A program made the position numbers and the translations under genes. Positions 45,757 through 55,551 of a DNA stretch of 64,000 bases are shown here, piece by piece. Source of the stretch: a virus; the IMG/VR virus record IMGVR_UViG_3300023276_000008, positions 1 through 64,000 of that record; one strand, 5' to 3'. The notes beneath the pieces are model-generated. The model made no database searches and was not told the DNA's origin. It saw only the letters and a program-made list of their open reading frames with translations. Numbering within the stretch: position 1 is the stretch's first letter; each line of letters starts with the position of its first letter.

Positions 45757-47566
45757 CTACAATCTCAATTTTATTAATTAGTGCGTTTGGTGCATATAGG
45801 TATGGGAATTTGAAGAAGTCTAATGTGGTGGTCTGATTCAATAGATTTATGTCAGATCCTTCAAAAACTGGATTCCATGTGATGAAGCTCAAACCTTCAA
45901 ACGTGATAGATTCGTCAGTATTTGTAGTTACTATTTTCTTAACCCCCTCCAATGATAATATAGAGGATACCAAATCGGTTAATTGAATTGTACCTCCTAA
46001 AGTATTATTAGATGATTTAAAAAACTCCGTTATTAGGTTATATATACTACCTTTTAGGTTTTCTTTGGAAATTTTGTTGTTCCTCTCTCTAGTCACCCTA
46101 ATCACTGAGTAGTCCTTACTAGTCGTATCATCAGCAACGTTGGTAAACCCAACATCGAATGCTATATAGATGGGATCTCTTGGAACAACCTCATGGCTAA
46201 GTATCTTCTTATCTAAAGAAGATGTCTTTATGACAGATTTGAAGTTGTTGCTAAGAAATTCGGGGTATTGTCCATCCACAGTGTTTGTGAATGCTGGTAC
46301 ACAGAACACGTTCACATTATTATAGTCGCATGAGTCTGCATAATTGACTTGGTTCAATAAAACTCTATTGACTTTATTTGGATCTACACATATGTCATAG
46401 AAGTATTGTATGTAAGAGGCTTGGAATGTGGTATTATCGACAACCTTAACATCGTTTAGGACTGATGGCATAGTCTTCTTGTAAAATGCTTCATAGTCTT
46501 CAGTTGTTACTAATCGTAGTTGGTTGCTTAAGAATAGAGATGCATTATCACGAATATCATCCACACCTTCTTCATCAGAAGGTACTGTTGAATTTGTCGT
46601 ATTGTTGAATAATATATTGTTTGATATGGTGTTATCAATTGATATATCATTATCGAGATTGATATCATCATATATCTCAGTGAATCTGGATGTGTTGTAT
46701 TGAAAGATTTTCTTGCCACTTAGTGCATTCTTACTAATTATGCCCTTTTGGTTGTCACTGAGAATATAGTATATAGCAACTTCATCATCTGTAGATAATT
46801 GTCTACCAAATGTGCCATTACCAAACTTGATTACATAGTGACCATGTTCGTTCAACCTAATTTCATAACTGCGTCCTTTAATCTCAGATAGGTATAGGGA
46901 ATCCACTTCATCATATTGTCTCCATGCACCAGTCTCCTTCTCCTTAACATATACAACTACGCTACCGTGGGATATGAACCTATCATCAGCATTATCTACT
47001 ATATTATCAACAGCTATAGTCACCTTCTCGAATGTTTCTCCTTCAGCAACATATGTTGGATATTCTCCAATCTTACCCTGTTGCAAAATAGTATTATTTG
47101 ATACGCTATCTATATATTGCTCCCCTGTCGCGGTTTTCTCAAAGGATACATCATCCTCTAAAGTGTATTGAATATTATCAATAAGGAAATATGAAAATTT
47201 TCGAAGCTTATACGCCCCGATATCCAATGAAGCCTTGGCTGTAGCCTCTAGCGGTATAATTGATGTCTGCTTACCTGTTGGTTTATAGTCAATCAACTTC
47301 ACGATATTATTCATGTTCTCGTATAGAGAAGATTGGGAGAATAAACTTTCTGATGATGTTTGGTTTAGGTAGAATAGAAGGGTGTGGTTATAATACCCCA
47401 ATATTTCAATTATTGCGTTTAGGTTACTACCTGCATATACTTGATCGGTAAAGTCAGTGTTGTTACTGAGCTGTTCGATCATAAAATCCCTCAATGAAAT
47501 TGCATCGAAGTTCGCATACGCATTCTGAGGTAATTTATATTCTAAAGATTGATTTTCTATACTCAT
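45749..47566 (-). CDS. baseplate wedge subunit (gp6-like)
   Basis: FTDQVYAGSNL, FGNGTFG, RLVTTEDYE. Confidence 0.88.
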   Translation of the reverse strand: MSIENQSLEYKLPQNAYANFDAISLRDFMIEQLSNNTDFTDQVYAGSNLNAIIEILGYYNHTLLFYLNQTSSESLFSQSSLYENMNNIVKLIDYKPTGKQTSIIPLEATAKASLDIGAYKLRKFSYFLIDNIQYTLEDDVSFEKTATGEQYIDSVSNNTILQQGKIGEYPTYVAEGETFEKVTIAVDNIVDNADDRFISHGSVVVYVKEKETGAWRQYDEVDSLYLSEIKGRSYEIRLNEHGHYVIKFGNGTFGRQLSTDDEVAIYYILSDNQKGIISKNALSGKKIFQYNTSRFTEIYDDINLDNDISIDNTISNNILFNNTTNSTVPSDEEGVDDIRDNASLFLSNQLRLVTTEDYEAFYKKTMPSVLNDVKVVDNTTFQASYIQYFYDICVDPNKVNRVLLNQVNYADSCDYNNVNVFCVPAFTNTVDGQYPEFLSNNFKSVIKTSSLDKKILSHEVVPRDPIYIAFDVGFTNVADDTTSKDYSVIRVTRERNNKISKENLKGSIYNLITEFFKSSNNTLGGTIQLTDLVSSILSLEGVKKIVTTNTDESITFEGLSFITWNPVFEGSDINLLNQTTTLDFFKFPYLYAPNALINKIEIVDE

Positions 47567-47581
47567 TGGATCTATTTAATG

Positions 47582-48067
47582 TTAAATGACGGCATATCCA
47601 GCAGAATTCAATTTACTTTTGATTGATAGACCATATATGTTCAAAGTTGGTATGTTTAGCTGCATTACGATGTATATTTCGTTTTTGTCAGGATCAGCAG
47701 ATACCAACACTTCATCTACAGTCACTCTAGGTTCAAATCTAGGTAATTCTCGAAGAATATCTGATTCAATTGCGAATAATGTGGAATCGTTGATAGGTTC
47801 GAACAAATAACTCCTCAGATCGACCCCATATTCAGGTTCTAATATCTTTTCCCCCTTAGCTGTGGTGAATGCTGTTCCAATACTCACTAATATTGATTCT
47901 TTGTCGTACTGCGCCTGCACATCCTCCAATTTCTGAGATTGGTTGAGGTGTGCAGAAAAACGAGTCTGATTGTTTAAATCAAGAAGAATATCTTTGTATA
48001 AAAAATCAGACTCGATGCTTTTTTCGGTCTTTTTTGACTTACTGATAGATTTAATTTTGATTGCCAT
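47582..48067 (-). CDS. baseplate wedge subunit (gp25-like)
   Basis: TAKGEKILEPEYG, LFEP, FEPRV. Confidence 0.9.
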   Translation of the reverse strand: MAIKIKSISKSKKTEKSIESDFLYKDILLDLNNQTRFSAHLNQSQKLEDVQAQYDKESILVSIGTAFTTAKGEKILEPEYGVDLRSYLFEPINDSTLFAIESDILRELPRFEPRVTVDEVLVSADPDKNEIYIVMQLNIPTLNIYGLSIKSKLNSAGYAVI

Positions 48068-48094
48068 CAGTAGTATTTAGGAGTTTGGTTAAAT

Positions 48095-49570
48095 CTATAC
48101 TCTCTTAGTAATTTTTTTATTGGCTTTGAGGCTTTCACACACTTGCATCAGATCTAGAGTCATATCATCTACATCTAGGTTATGAATATTAGACATATAG
48201 CTTTCCGCGATTGAATCAAATGATTCTTCCAATTCATATGGAATCTGAGCCTTACCAAATAAGTTATTTGGATCTCTTGTATATGCCAAGGATTTTATGT
48301 GTTTGATGTGGTGGGGTTGCAACCTACCATCTGATTCTGATCCTGCTCCACCCATCACATCAGCGTTCTTTAAAAACGAAACTATGTTATTCATAGCATC
48401 ATTGTGATCTTTGGGGCTATTGTAATAGTCCTCATAGTCTAGTAATATATCTTCGAGGGATATACTGGCTAATACTGCTTCTTTTCCTAATAGAGCATCA
48501 AATTCTGCATTCATCTCCTCTGCCTTTGCAGTTAAATCCTCACTATCACGAATTGCTTTCTTTGCTACCCCACTAGGTTTAGCTGATCTCCCCTTAATAC
48601 CCAGAGCACTAGTTAACGCTTTATTGCTTTTTTTATCAACAATAGATTGTTTAAGTTTATCTAATCGACCTTTTGCTTTTCCAGAGTTGTTGATGATTTT
48701 ACCATATAGACTAGTTACAAAATTTTCCGCATTGAATCTGTTCATCACCCTTGAAATACCATTCATGCTGCCACTATCTTCAGTATTCCATAGATAATCT
48801 TTAAATGAATCTAATTTGTCTTTAACGTCTTCTTTAGATAATTTCATAATCCAATTAAGTGGATTTCTAGAATCTTCATACTCATATTCAAGAATGTTTC
48901 TGATGATAGGTGTCATACTGGATGGGTCGGAACTTAGGTATTTAAACAACTCTTTATTATCCATGTTCTCCAGTTTATCCATTATACCAGCATGTCTATC
49001 CAACTCTGCTTGAACCATTGCAGCTTCTCCATCATCAAGCCCTTCTAAACTTCCACCTAATGCTAAAGCATTCTTGGCAGAATCGCTTAACTCCATGTTA
49101 TCAATATCATCTTCTAATGTACTTGCCAGTTCAGAAGTCATGTTATCAACTGCTTTGGAAATTTCTTCCTGTAGATAAGTCCAGTGAGTATTTAGGAGAA
49201 TATCATAATTTCTCTCCCAGTGGTTTTTTGAAATATTATCCGCAGTAGATTGCATTGCTCCGTCTACACTAGCTCCCAATGCATCCATTTCTCGTTCTGT
49301 GGCAGACACTTCCTTCTCTTCTCCTTTACCTTGTGAAATGGTTCTATCAACTTCATCACTCAATGTACCTAATACATATTGAGGATTCTCAGAAGGGTCA
49401 ATATGTTTAGCTATATTATTAACAAATTCCTTATCAGCGGCTAATAATTCCACTGCGAACTGCTGAATGCCTTGTCGGTCCTTTTCCATACCTAATGCAC
49501 TATTATCATTCAGCCCACGCTTATGATATCTTTCATCAGTTGCTTCTGCTATTAATTTATTCAAGCTCAT
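48095..49570 (-). CDS. helical late protein, candidate internal head protein
   Basis: N-terminus MSLNKLIAE; TAAATA-N5-ATG. Confidence 0.65.
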   Translation of the reverse strand: MSLNKLIAEATDERYHKRGLNDNSALGMEKDRQGIQQFAVELLAADKEFVNNIAKHIDPSENPQYVLGTLSDEVDRTISQGKGEEKEVSATEREMDALGASVDGAMQSTADNISKNHWERNYDILLNTHWTYLQEEISKAVDNMTSELASTLEDDIDNMELSDSAKNALALGGSLEGLDDGEAAMVQAELDRHAGIMDKLENMDNKELFKYLSSDPSSMTPIIRNILEYEYEDSRNPLNWIMKLSKEDVKDKLDSFKDYLWNTEDSGSMNGISRVMNRFNAENFVTSLYGKIINNSGKAKGRLDKLKQSIVDKKSNKALTSALGIKGRSAKPSGVAKKAIRDSEDLTAKAEEMNAEFDALLGKEAVLASISLEDILLDYEDYYNSPKDHNDAMNNIVSFLKNADVMGGAGSESDGRLQPHHIKHIKSLAYTRDPNNLFGKAQIPYELEESFDSIAESYMSNIHNLDVDDMTLDLMQVCESLKANKKITKRV

Positions 49571-49575
49571 ATCCC

Positions 49576-49601
49576 TATTTAATGAATTAAAAAGGTAAAT
49601 A
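49576..49601. promoter_or_regulatory. back-to-back divergent late promoters
   Basis: TAAATA on each strand, each 5 nt from an ATG. Confidence 0.8.
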
Positions 49602-49606
49602 TAGGT

Positions 49607-50152
49607 ATGACTTCCAAATTCAATGAATTATACGAATCTTACTCAAAGCGATACGAGCTTGGAGGCTTTTTAGTTGGCGATTTCGTGGTATTCAGACCAG
49701 ATTATAAAAACAATGAATCTTATAAGGCTATGAATAGTGTTATGAAGACACATGTTGACCAAGTAGTTGATTCAGGTGTACCACTTCGAGTTAGTGGACT
49801 AGGTAATAAGTATGGCACTAATACCAACTTAGAGCGTTATATCAAGCCCGATGATGCAGTAGTTACTGTGTCTGTCGATGAAGGTGGTGGACGCTGGTTA
49901 GGTAAGATTTCAGTAGGTGCTGGTATGTTAGACATTGCAACCAACACAAGATTTTGTGGGGTTGGTGATGAAAACAAAAAACCTCTTAAAAAAGGAGAAA
50001 CTTGGACACATGGTGAATATGAAGTTGATGAAGACCACATTACTCGCCAAACCGATAAAGGTAATGGCAAAAACTCTAAAACAAATATTAAGTTGGAACA
50101 CACTTCTGACTTAAATGACATCGTAACCAATTTATTAAACGAAAAAGTATAA
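49607..50152 (+). CDS. late protein, candidate internal head protein
   Basis: MTSKFNELYES N-terminus. Confidence 0.7.
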   Translation: MTSKFNELYESYSKRYELGGFLVGDFVVFRPDYKNNESYKAMNSVMKTHVDQVVDSGVPLRVSGLGNKYGTNTNLERYIKPDDAVVTVSVDEGGGRWLGKISVGAGMLDIATNTRFCGVGDENKKPLKKGETWTHGEYEVDEDHITRQTDKGNGKNSKTNIKLEHTSDLNDIVTNLLNEKV

Positions 50153-50160
50153 ATACTGAT

Positions 50161-50847
50161 ATGTATAAGAGAAATTCGTACAAGTTACTTTCAGAGCAAT
50201 ATGATGTGATGCTCCTTAAAGAATCCGCGCCATCATTAAATATTTATGAACTACAATCTAAGATTGGGTACATGAATTTGTCTGAAGCTACGTGGACTGC
50301 TGAATTCTCCGAAAAGATTCTTAATGAATTCTTTGGTGGTGGTGTAAAAGCTCTTGGTAAAGGTATTGGTGGTGCAATTGGCGGTGCTGCAAAAAAGGCT
50401 GGTGGGAAGCTTAGACAAGCTGGAGCAGATAAAGCAGCAGATTTGGCTGGAAAAGCTAAGGCTGGCGCACAAGCTGGAATGGATAAACTCCAAGCAGGTG
50501 CAGATGCAGTTAAAGGCAAAGTTCAGGATGGTGCTGACGCAGTTAGAGATGGTATCGACAATGTTAAGGATCGTGCTGGTAATATGATGGATGATGTTAA
50601 AGATGTTTATCAACAAGGTGGACATGAAGCACAACTTCAGAAAGCACAACAACGAGCTGAGAAGACAGTTGGCGATCTTATGTCAATCCTTCAAATGGCA
50701 GAACAGGAATATGGTCTTGCATTCAGTGGTCCAGTTGAACAACTCCCACTTGGTGAAGTTGTTAGTGAGCTAGTCAATGCGGCTAAGGGTGCTGGAAATA
50801 TTAAACGTTCCGCACAAAGAAAACTAGGTAAGTTTGGAGCTAGATAA
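50161..50847 (+). CDS. G/A/K-rich repeat protein, candidate internal head protein
   Basis: 11-mer LEA-like repeats; TATAAATA-N5-ATG. Confidence 0.7.
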   Translation: MYKRNSYKLLSEQYDVMLLKESAPSLNIYELQSKIGYMNLSEATWTAEFSEKILNEFFGGGVKALGKGIGGAIGGAAKKAGGKLRQAGADKAADLAGKAKAGAQAGMDKLQAGADAVKGKVQDGADAVRDGIDNVKDRAGNMMDDVKDVYQQGGHEAQLQKAQQRAEKTVGDLMSILQMAEQEYGLAFSGPVEQLPLGEVVSELVNAAKGAGNIKRSAQRKLGKFGAR

Positions 50848-50858
50848 ATAAGTTTAAC

Positions 50859-50895
50859 AAAAAGGGCGAGGTTTAATAACCTCGCCCTTTTTTTT
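50859..50895. terminator. bidirectional intrinsic terminator
   Basis: A5-GGGCGAGGTT/AACCTCGCCC-T8 between convergent genes. Confidence 0.9.
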
Positions 50896-50909
50896 GTCGC
50901 TGTATTAGT

Positions 50910-51848
50910 CTATTCCATTAAACTTTTCTCCATATTGAGTATACAGGCATAGCAGTTGATCTCCTTATTGAGAACAACCTCATGTTTCTCCATATGTTGA
51001 GCAACTATCATCATTAGAGACTTTTTATAGTGTTCTTGTATAGCATTGTCGCTATATATCACCTCAAACATATCATCCATTAGCTTTCTATAGTCATTGG
51101 AGAACATATCAGTAGAATCCTTGATAATACCTCTAAGATGTTCCATTTTGCCAGTGATCACACTATTTATAATTTGTTTAGCTAGAGATGAATCATCCAC
51201 AGCAGCTTTATTGAGAAGTATGTTACCTGTAGCACACACTTTCTGCAATTCGTTGATTACTTTACGAAAATCGGGCATATGTCTCTTAATCAACGCTCCC
51301 AACGATTTGAGATCGTCTGCGGTATAACTAATACCTTCCTCCTTAAGTATTTTATCACATCTTCTAAGACAATCGTTCAAAGGGTTCTTAATGTTGACTG
51401 CTACACATCTAGAAGCAATAGCATCTTGAATTTTGTGTTGAAAATTCCCTGTGATGATAAATCTGATATTTGATTGAGCATTCTCCATCAAATTACGAAG
51501 ACATTTCTGTCCATCAACAGTAGTTCCATCGAATTCATCTAATATAGCCACTTTAATACCACCATTGGAACTTCGAGTCTTGGCAAACTTCATTACCTTG
51601 TCTCGAATGGTATCAATTCCGTTTTCGTCAGAGGCATTGATATATAGATGGTCACATTTCATGATATCATCCACAATTATCCTCGCTAACGAGGTTTTTC
51701 CTATACCTGCTGTACCCACCAACATTAAATGGGGTATACACACTTCTTCCGAGAAGGTTTCGAGATATGTCCTTGATGCATCATCAAGGATTAGATCGTC
51801 TAAACATTTCGGTCTATATTTCTCAGTCCATAATTCACTATATTTCAT
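50910..51848 (-). CDS. sliding clamp loader large subunit (gp44/RFC-like)
   Basis: WTEKYRP, GIGKT, INASDENG, LDEFD, SRC. Confidence 0.93.
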   Translation of the reverse strand: MKYSELWTEKYRPKCLDDLILDDASRTYLETFSEEVCIPHLMLVGTAGIGKTSLARIIVDDIMKCDHLYINASDENGIDTIRDKVMKFAKTRSSNGGIKVAILDEFDGTTVDGQKCLRNLMENAQSNIRFIITGNFQHKIQDAIASRCVAVNIKNPLNDCLRRCDKILKEEGISYTADDLKSLGALIKRHMPDFRKVINELQKVCATGNILLNKAAVDDSSLAKQIINSVITGKMEHLRGIIKDSTDMFSNDYRKLMDDMFEVIYSDNAIQEHYKKSLMMIVAQHMEKHEVVLNKEINCYACILNMEKSLME

Positions 51849-52564
51849 ATTTGGATATTTGTTCTTGTTTTGTACGCTGCAACTAGATTTGCGCAGTCTA
51901 AAAGACTATCAAACGTACCAACGTCGAACCACATCCTATCATCCACGTTCACAATGTCAACCTTTTCTTTCGTAGACATGGCGTTAATCACATCGACAAT
52001 CTCAACCTCACCTCGTTCAGATGGGAGGACGTTTTTTGCGATTTCAACACAGCTATTTGTGAATGAATATAGACCAACTACAGCCTGTGTAGATATAAAT
52101 TCTTGAGGCTTCTCAACTACACAATCTAATGTCCCATCGTCGCTAAATTTAGCAACCCCATATCGATTTGGATCATTGACGGAGTATGTATATATAGTAT
52201 TAGCCTGTAGATCGAATTCATTCTGCAAAAAGATGTTATCGCCCAATATTAGAGTCACGTCATCATCCCCAATGAATGTTTCTCCAATGATAAATGCTTC
52301 AGCTAGACCCTTTGGATCTTGTTGTAGCGCATATTCGAGTTTAACACCCCATTTATCCCCATTACCAAGATATTCTTTAAGCATTGGCAACCCATCTAAG
52401 GATGAGATGATTAGAATCTCAGTAATTCCTGATTTAATGAGTGTTTGTAGAGGATAATAGATGATTGGTCTATCGTATAGAGGTAATAGTTGTTTAACTA
52501 TACCGAATTCTGTTAATGGGTAAAGCCTAGTTGCTTTACCTCCTGCTAAAATGATTCCTTTCAT
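51845..52564 (-). CDS. rmlA: glucose-1-phosphate thymidylyltransferase
   Basis: GIILAGG.ATRLYPLT, KQLLP.YD.P, LGDNIF, SERGEVEI. Confidence 0.93.
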   Translation of the reverse strand: MKGIILAGGKATRLYPLTEFGIVKQLLPLYDRPIIYYPLQTLIKSGITEILIISSLDGLPMLKEYLGNGDKWGVKLEYALQQDPKGLAEAFIIGETFIGDDDVTLILGDNIFLQNEFDLQANTIYTYSVNDPNRYGVAKFSDDGTLDCVVEKPQEFISTQAVVGLYSFTNSCVEIAKNVLPSERGEVEIVDVINAMSTKEKVDIVNVDDRMWFDVGTFDSLLDCANLVAAYKTRTNIQI

Positions 52565-52565
52565 A

Positions 52566-53390
52566 TTATTTGCTCAGTAGGTCTAAAAGTGCGTCCTTTT
52601 CTGATCGTAAAGGATATACTGTGAGTGCTTTAATGTTGTTCAGTTGACAATTACTACGAGGTGCAACTATATCAAGGTCTGATAAAGGTACGAATTTCCA
52701 GTTTGGGTTATTATACCCACACTCCTGCATGATATCAACTACTGACGATGTATATAAAGGGTCGCCATTGACTACATTATAAATATCTTGTCCGTTTGGA
52801 ATCATTTCTTTATCAATTAAGGTCTTTATGAATAAAGAAACATCTTCTGTACTACTCTTGGAGTTTTTATAATCAATTAGGTTGTCATATTTGTGTATTT
52901 TGGTCAAATATGATCTCTCATCCCCCACTTTACTAAATGGCATCCGTAACCGCAATATAAAAAGCTTATTGCGTCTAGTTACAAGCTCAAACATGTGTTT
53001 TGACTTGGAATATGTTGATGATTGGTCATATATACCGAAATCTGGTTTATCCTCTTCGGTATATACTCGTCCATATCCACTATAAATGCATCCAGAACTC
53101 AAATGAATTAGTGTCACACCAACCTCATCACATACATCTGCTACCATTTTGGGTGATACCACATTCAGATACATACACTCATCCACTTTATGTTCAGCTT
53201 CATCTACATTTGGTCTACCTGTAAACCCGCTACAGTTTATTACATGGGTGTATTGACCCACATATAATAAATTTTGGAGCACTTTGGGGCAATGGTAATT
53301 ATATGCCGAACTGCTAATTATTCTAGCTTCTGGTATATATTGCTTGATTTCATTAGCCATATACCCATTTCCAAGTATAATTACTTTCAT
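52566..53390 (-). CDS. NDP-4-keto-6-deoxyglucose reductase (RmlD/UER1-like)
   Basis: LGNGYM, GFTGRPNVD, SSGCIY, YSKSK, LRLRMP. Confidence 0.85.
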   Translation of the reverse strand: MKVIILGNGYMANEIKQYIPEARIISSSAYNYHCPKVLQNLLYVGQYTHVINCSGFTGRPNVDEAEHKVDECMYLNVVSPKMVADVCDEVGVTLIHLSSGCIYSGYGRVYTEEDKPDFGIYDQSSTYSKSKHMFELVTRRNKLFILRLRMPFSKVGDERSYLTKIHKYDNLIDYKNSKSSTEDVSLFIKTLIDKEMIPNGQDIYNVVNGDPLYTSSVVDIMQECGYNNPNWKFVPLSDLDIVAPRSNCQLNNIKALTVYPLRSEKDALLDLLSK

Positions 53391-53611
53391 TATCCAGCCT
53401 CCTCTTCGAGTGATTCAACGTGATATTCAATAATATCTTGTAATTCTTGTAATTCTTCCTCCTCTAGTAGAGTAGTTACCACTTCTTTAAAATTTTCAAA
53501 ACTTTGTGAGATGTTATCATCCTCATAATCTAGAATTTTATCATATAATACGTCAATTGCTTGATATATACTATTTTTAATTTTTGCTATTTCTTTAATT
53601 TCTTTCGACAT
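53390..53611 (-). CDS. small acidic protein
   Basis: start moved to MSKEIK. Confidence 0.6.
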   Translation of the reverse strand: MSKEIKEIAKIKNSIYQAIDVLYDKILDYEDDNISQSFENFKEVVTTLLEEEELQELQDIIEYHVESLEEEAG

Positions 53612-53657
53612 GACTAAATATTTGATAGTATATAGTATATCAAACCACACAAATCCA

Positions 53658-53984
53658 ATGAAAACTTTCAAAAAATTTATATTAGAATATCGCGCTAATC
53701 TAGAAGACGGCACTCCCAAACCATCAGTTCAAGTACATAATGGAAAAAATCCCAATAGGATGAATAAAAAGAAGCTTCATACAGTTGGGGATTATCAGCC
53801 TGTGAATGGAGATGCCCATAAAGTGGGTAAGATGCTAACTGGTGCAGAATTAGACAACCTATTAACTGATCATGGATTTGATTTTATCGATGGAGAGACT
53901 CATGGTATTAATAATTCGGGAAATGCTCTATATATGTACTCAGTAAATGGACAAAAGATCGGTAAGATCGTTGATAATAAGTAA
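53658..53984 (+). CDS. candidate internal head protein
   Basis: MKTFKKFILE resembles the T4 capsid-targeting sequence MKTYQEFIAE. Confidence 0.65.
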   Translation: MKTFKKFILEYRANLEDGTPKPSVQVHNGKNPNRMNKKKLHTVGDYQPVNGDAHKVGKMLTGAELDNLLTDHGFDFIDGETHGINNSGNALYMYSVNGQKIGKIVDNK

Positions 53985-53992
53985 ATATTAAT

Positions 53993-54898
53993 ATGGATAA
54001 CCACTGCCCAACGACACCACTTTCTTGTTTAGAACCTAGTAATATTTTTGCAGGTGTTTATAAAAAGGAATGTTCAAATTTTGCAAATCCAAATAATTTT
54101 CAAGCAGAAAGATCTATTTTCAATAGCTTAATTAATGAGAAAATTAACAATTTTGGTATAGATATAGACTATTATGTACACACATACAATTTATCAAGTG
54201 CTGATAACTTCTATGGAGAAGACCTAGATGCTCCATATTATGGACCTATTTCTCTTCGTGTTGAGAAGGATTATACATTCTCAGGAGTCCCATTAGGTAT
54301 TCATGGGTTTGATTCAAATGACGAAATTACTTTTTATGTGACGTTTGATACCTTTGAGGAGGCATTTGGCGACCATAGGGTTCATGAAGAGAGTGGGCAA
54401 CGAATTGAGCCGAAGGCAGATGATATGTTCATCATCAAAACTTGGGGATGTGATAGACCTAATGGTAGAACTGCTAAGAAATTTGTGGTTACTGAGGCTA
54501 TAGATGAAGATCCAGAGGATTTGAATGTATTGATGGGGCACTATGTTTGGAAAGTGACTGCTCGACGTTATGACTACTCCTACGAAGCTAATATTCCAGC
54601 TAGTGATGACAAATACCAAGTTTATGATAATACATTCTCAGGAGTATTAACTAGCGATATATCTATAAAGGGTCCATTGGAAGGATTAGTAGATAGTGAA
54701 GGAGATTTATTGATCGGGTTTGGTGGGGAGACTTTAGTTACCCAAACTACTAGTCAACAATTATCTTCTGACGACAAACCATATGATTATGATGTGGATG
54801 TCGAGGTTGAGGATGAGATATATGATCAGAGTATTAATGATCAACGAATCTACGGAAACACTGACCAAGATTCATCTCCTTATGGAGACTACTACTAG
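53993..54898 (+). CDS. neck protein (gp14-like)
   Basis: LINEKINNFGIDIDYY, FYGED, EPKADD, HYVWKVTARRYDYSYE. Confidence 0.75.
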   Translation: MDNHCPTTPLSCLEPSNIFAGVYKKECSNFANPNNFQAERSIFNSLINEKINNFGIDIDYYVHTYNLSSADNFYGEDLDAPYYGPISLRVEKDYTFSGVPLGIHGFDSNDEITFYVTFDTFEEAFGDHRVHEESGQRIEPKADDMFIIKTWGCDRPNGRTAKKFVVTEAIDEDPEDLNVLMGHYVWKVTARRYDYSYEANIPASDDKYQVYDNTFSGVLTSDISIKGPLEGLVDSEGDLLIGFGGETLVTQTTSQQLSSDDKPYDYDVDVEVEDEIYDQSINDQRIYGNTDQDSSPYGDYY

Positions 54899-54922
54899 TA
54901 GTTATTCATTTTTATATTTAAC

Positions 54923-54962
54923 AAAAAAAAAGCGTGATCTTAATCGATCACGCTTTTTTTTT
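54923..54962. terminator. bidirectional intrinsic terminator
   Basis: A9-GCGTGATC/GATCACGC-T9. Confidence 0.9.
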
Positions 54963-54982
54963 GTTAAATTGTGTGTGGATTA

Positions 54983-55468
54983 TTATGAGAAGAACTCTTG
55001 ACCAGCCTTGAGCTTGCCAACTTTGTTCTGCTTACCGTTATCGATATTCTCTTTACCCTTTTCAGTACCAGTTTTATCAGTATACTTGCTATCTGCTGTG
55101 CGCTTCTTAGGCTTCACTTTGCCTTTAACTAGCATATCTTTATTCTTAGCAACTACATCAGTGTCAGCAACTTCTTCTTCATCTTCTTCAAAATCAAGAC
55201 CAAATTCATCACCTTCTTCTTCGCCACCTTCTTCACCGAATTCGTCTTCTGATTCTTCTTCACCGCCAACAGCAGCTTGGATTACCTCAAGAAGTTTTTC
55301 AGCAGTAGCCTTATCAAGAGTGAGAGTAACCTCATCACCTTCTTCATCACCAAAGTCTTCACCTAAGTCGAAGTCATCACTATCTTCTACACCAAGTGCA
55401 TCTAGTTCTTCTTCTTCTCCGAATGATTCTTTGAATACTTTTTTATAAATTGCGTTGAAACTATCCAT
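54983..55468 (-). CDS. highly acidic late protein (prohead core-like)
   Basis: E/D/G-rich with basic tail; TAAATA-N5-ATG start. Confidence 0.65.
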   Translation of the reverse strand: MDSFNAIYKKVFKESFGEEEELDALGVEDSDDFDLGEDFGDEEGDEVTLTLDKATAEKLLEVIQAAVGGEEESEDEFGEEGGEEEGDEFGLDFEEDEEEVADTDVVAKNKDMLVKGKVKPKKRTADSKYTDKTGTEKGKENIDNGKQNKVGKLKAGQEFFS

Positions 55469-55551
55469 ACATCTATTTAGTATTATTGAAAATAAAATCA
55501 AGTTTTTGTAGAAATAATTTCACAATCACTCTCATTGGATTAAATAAAATT

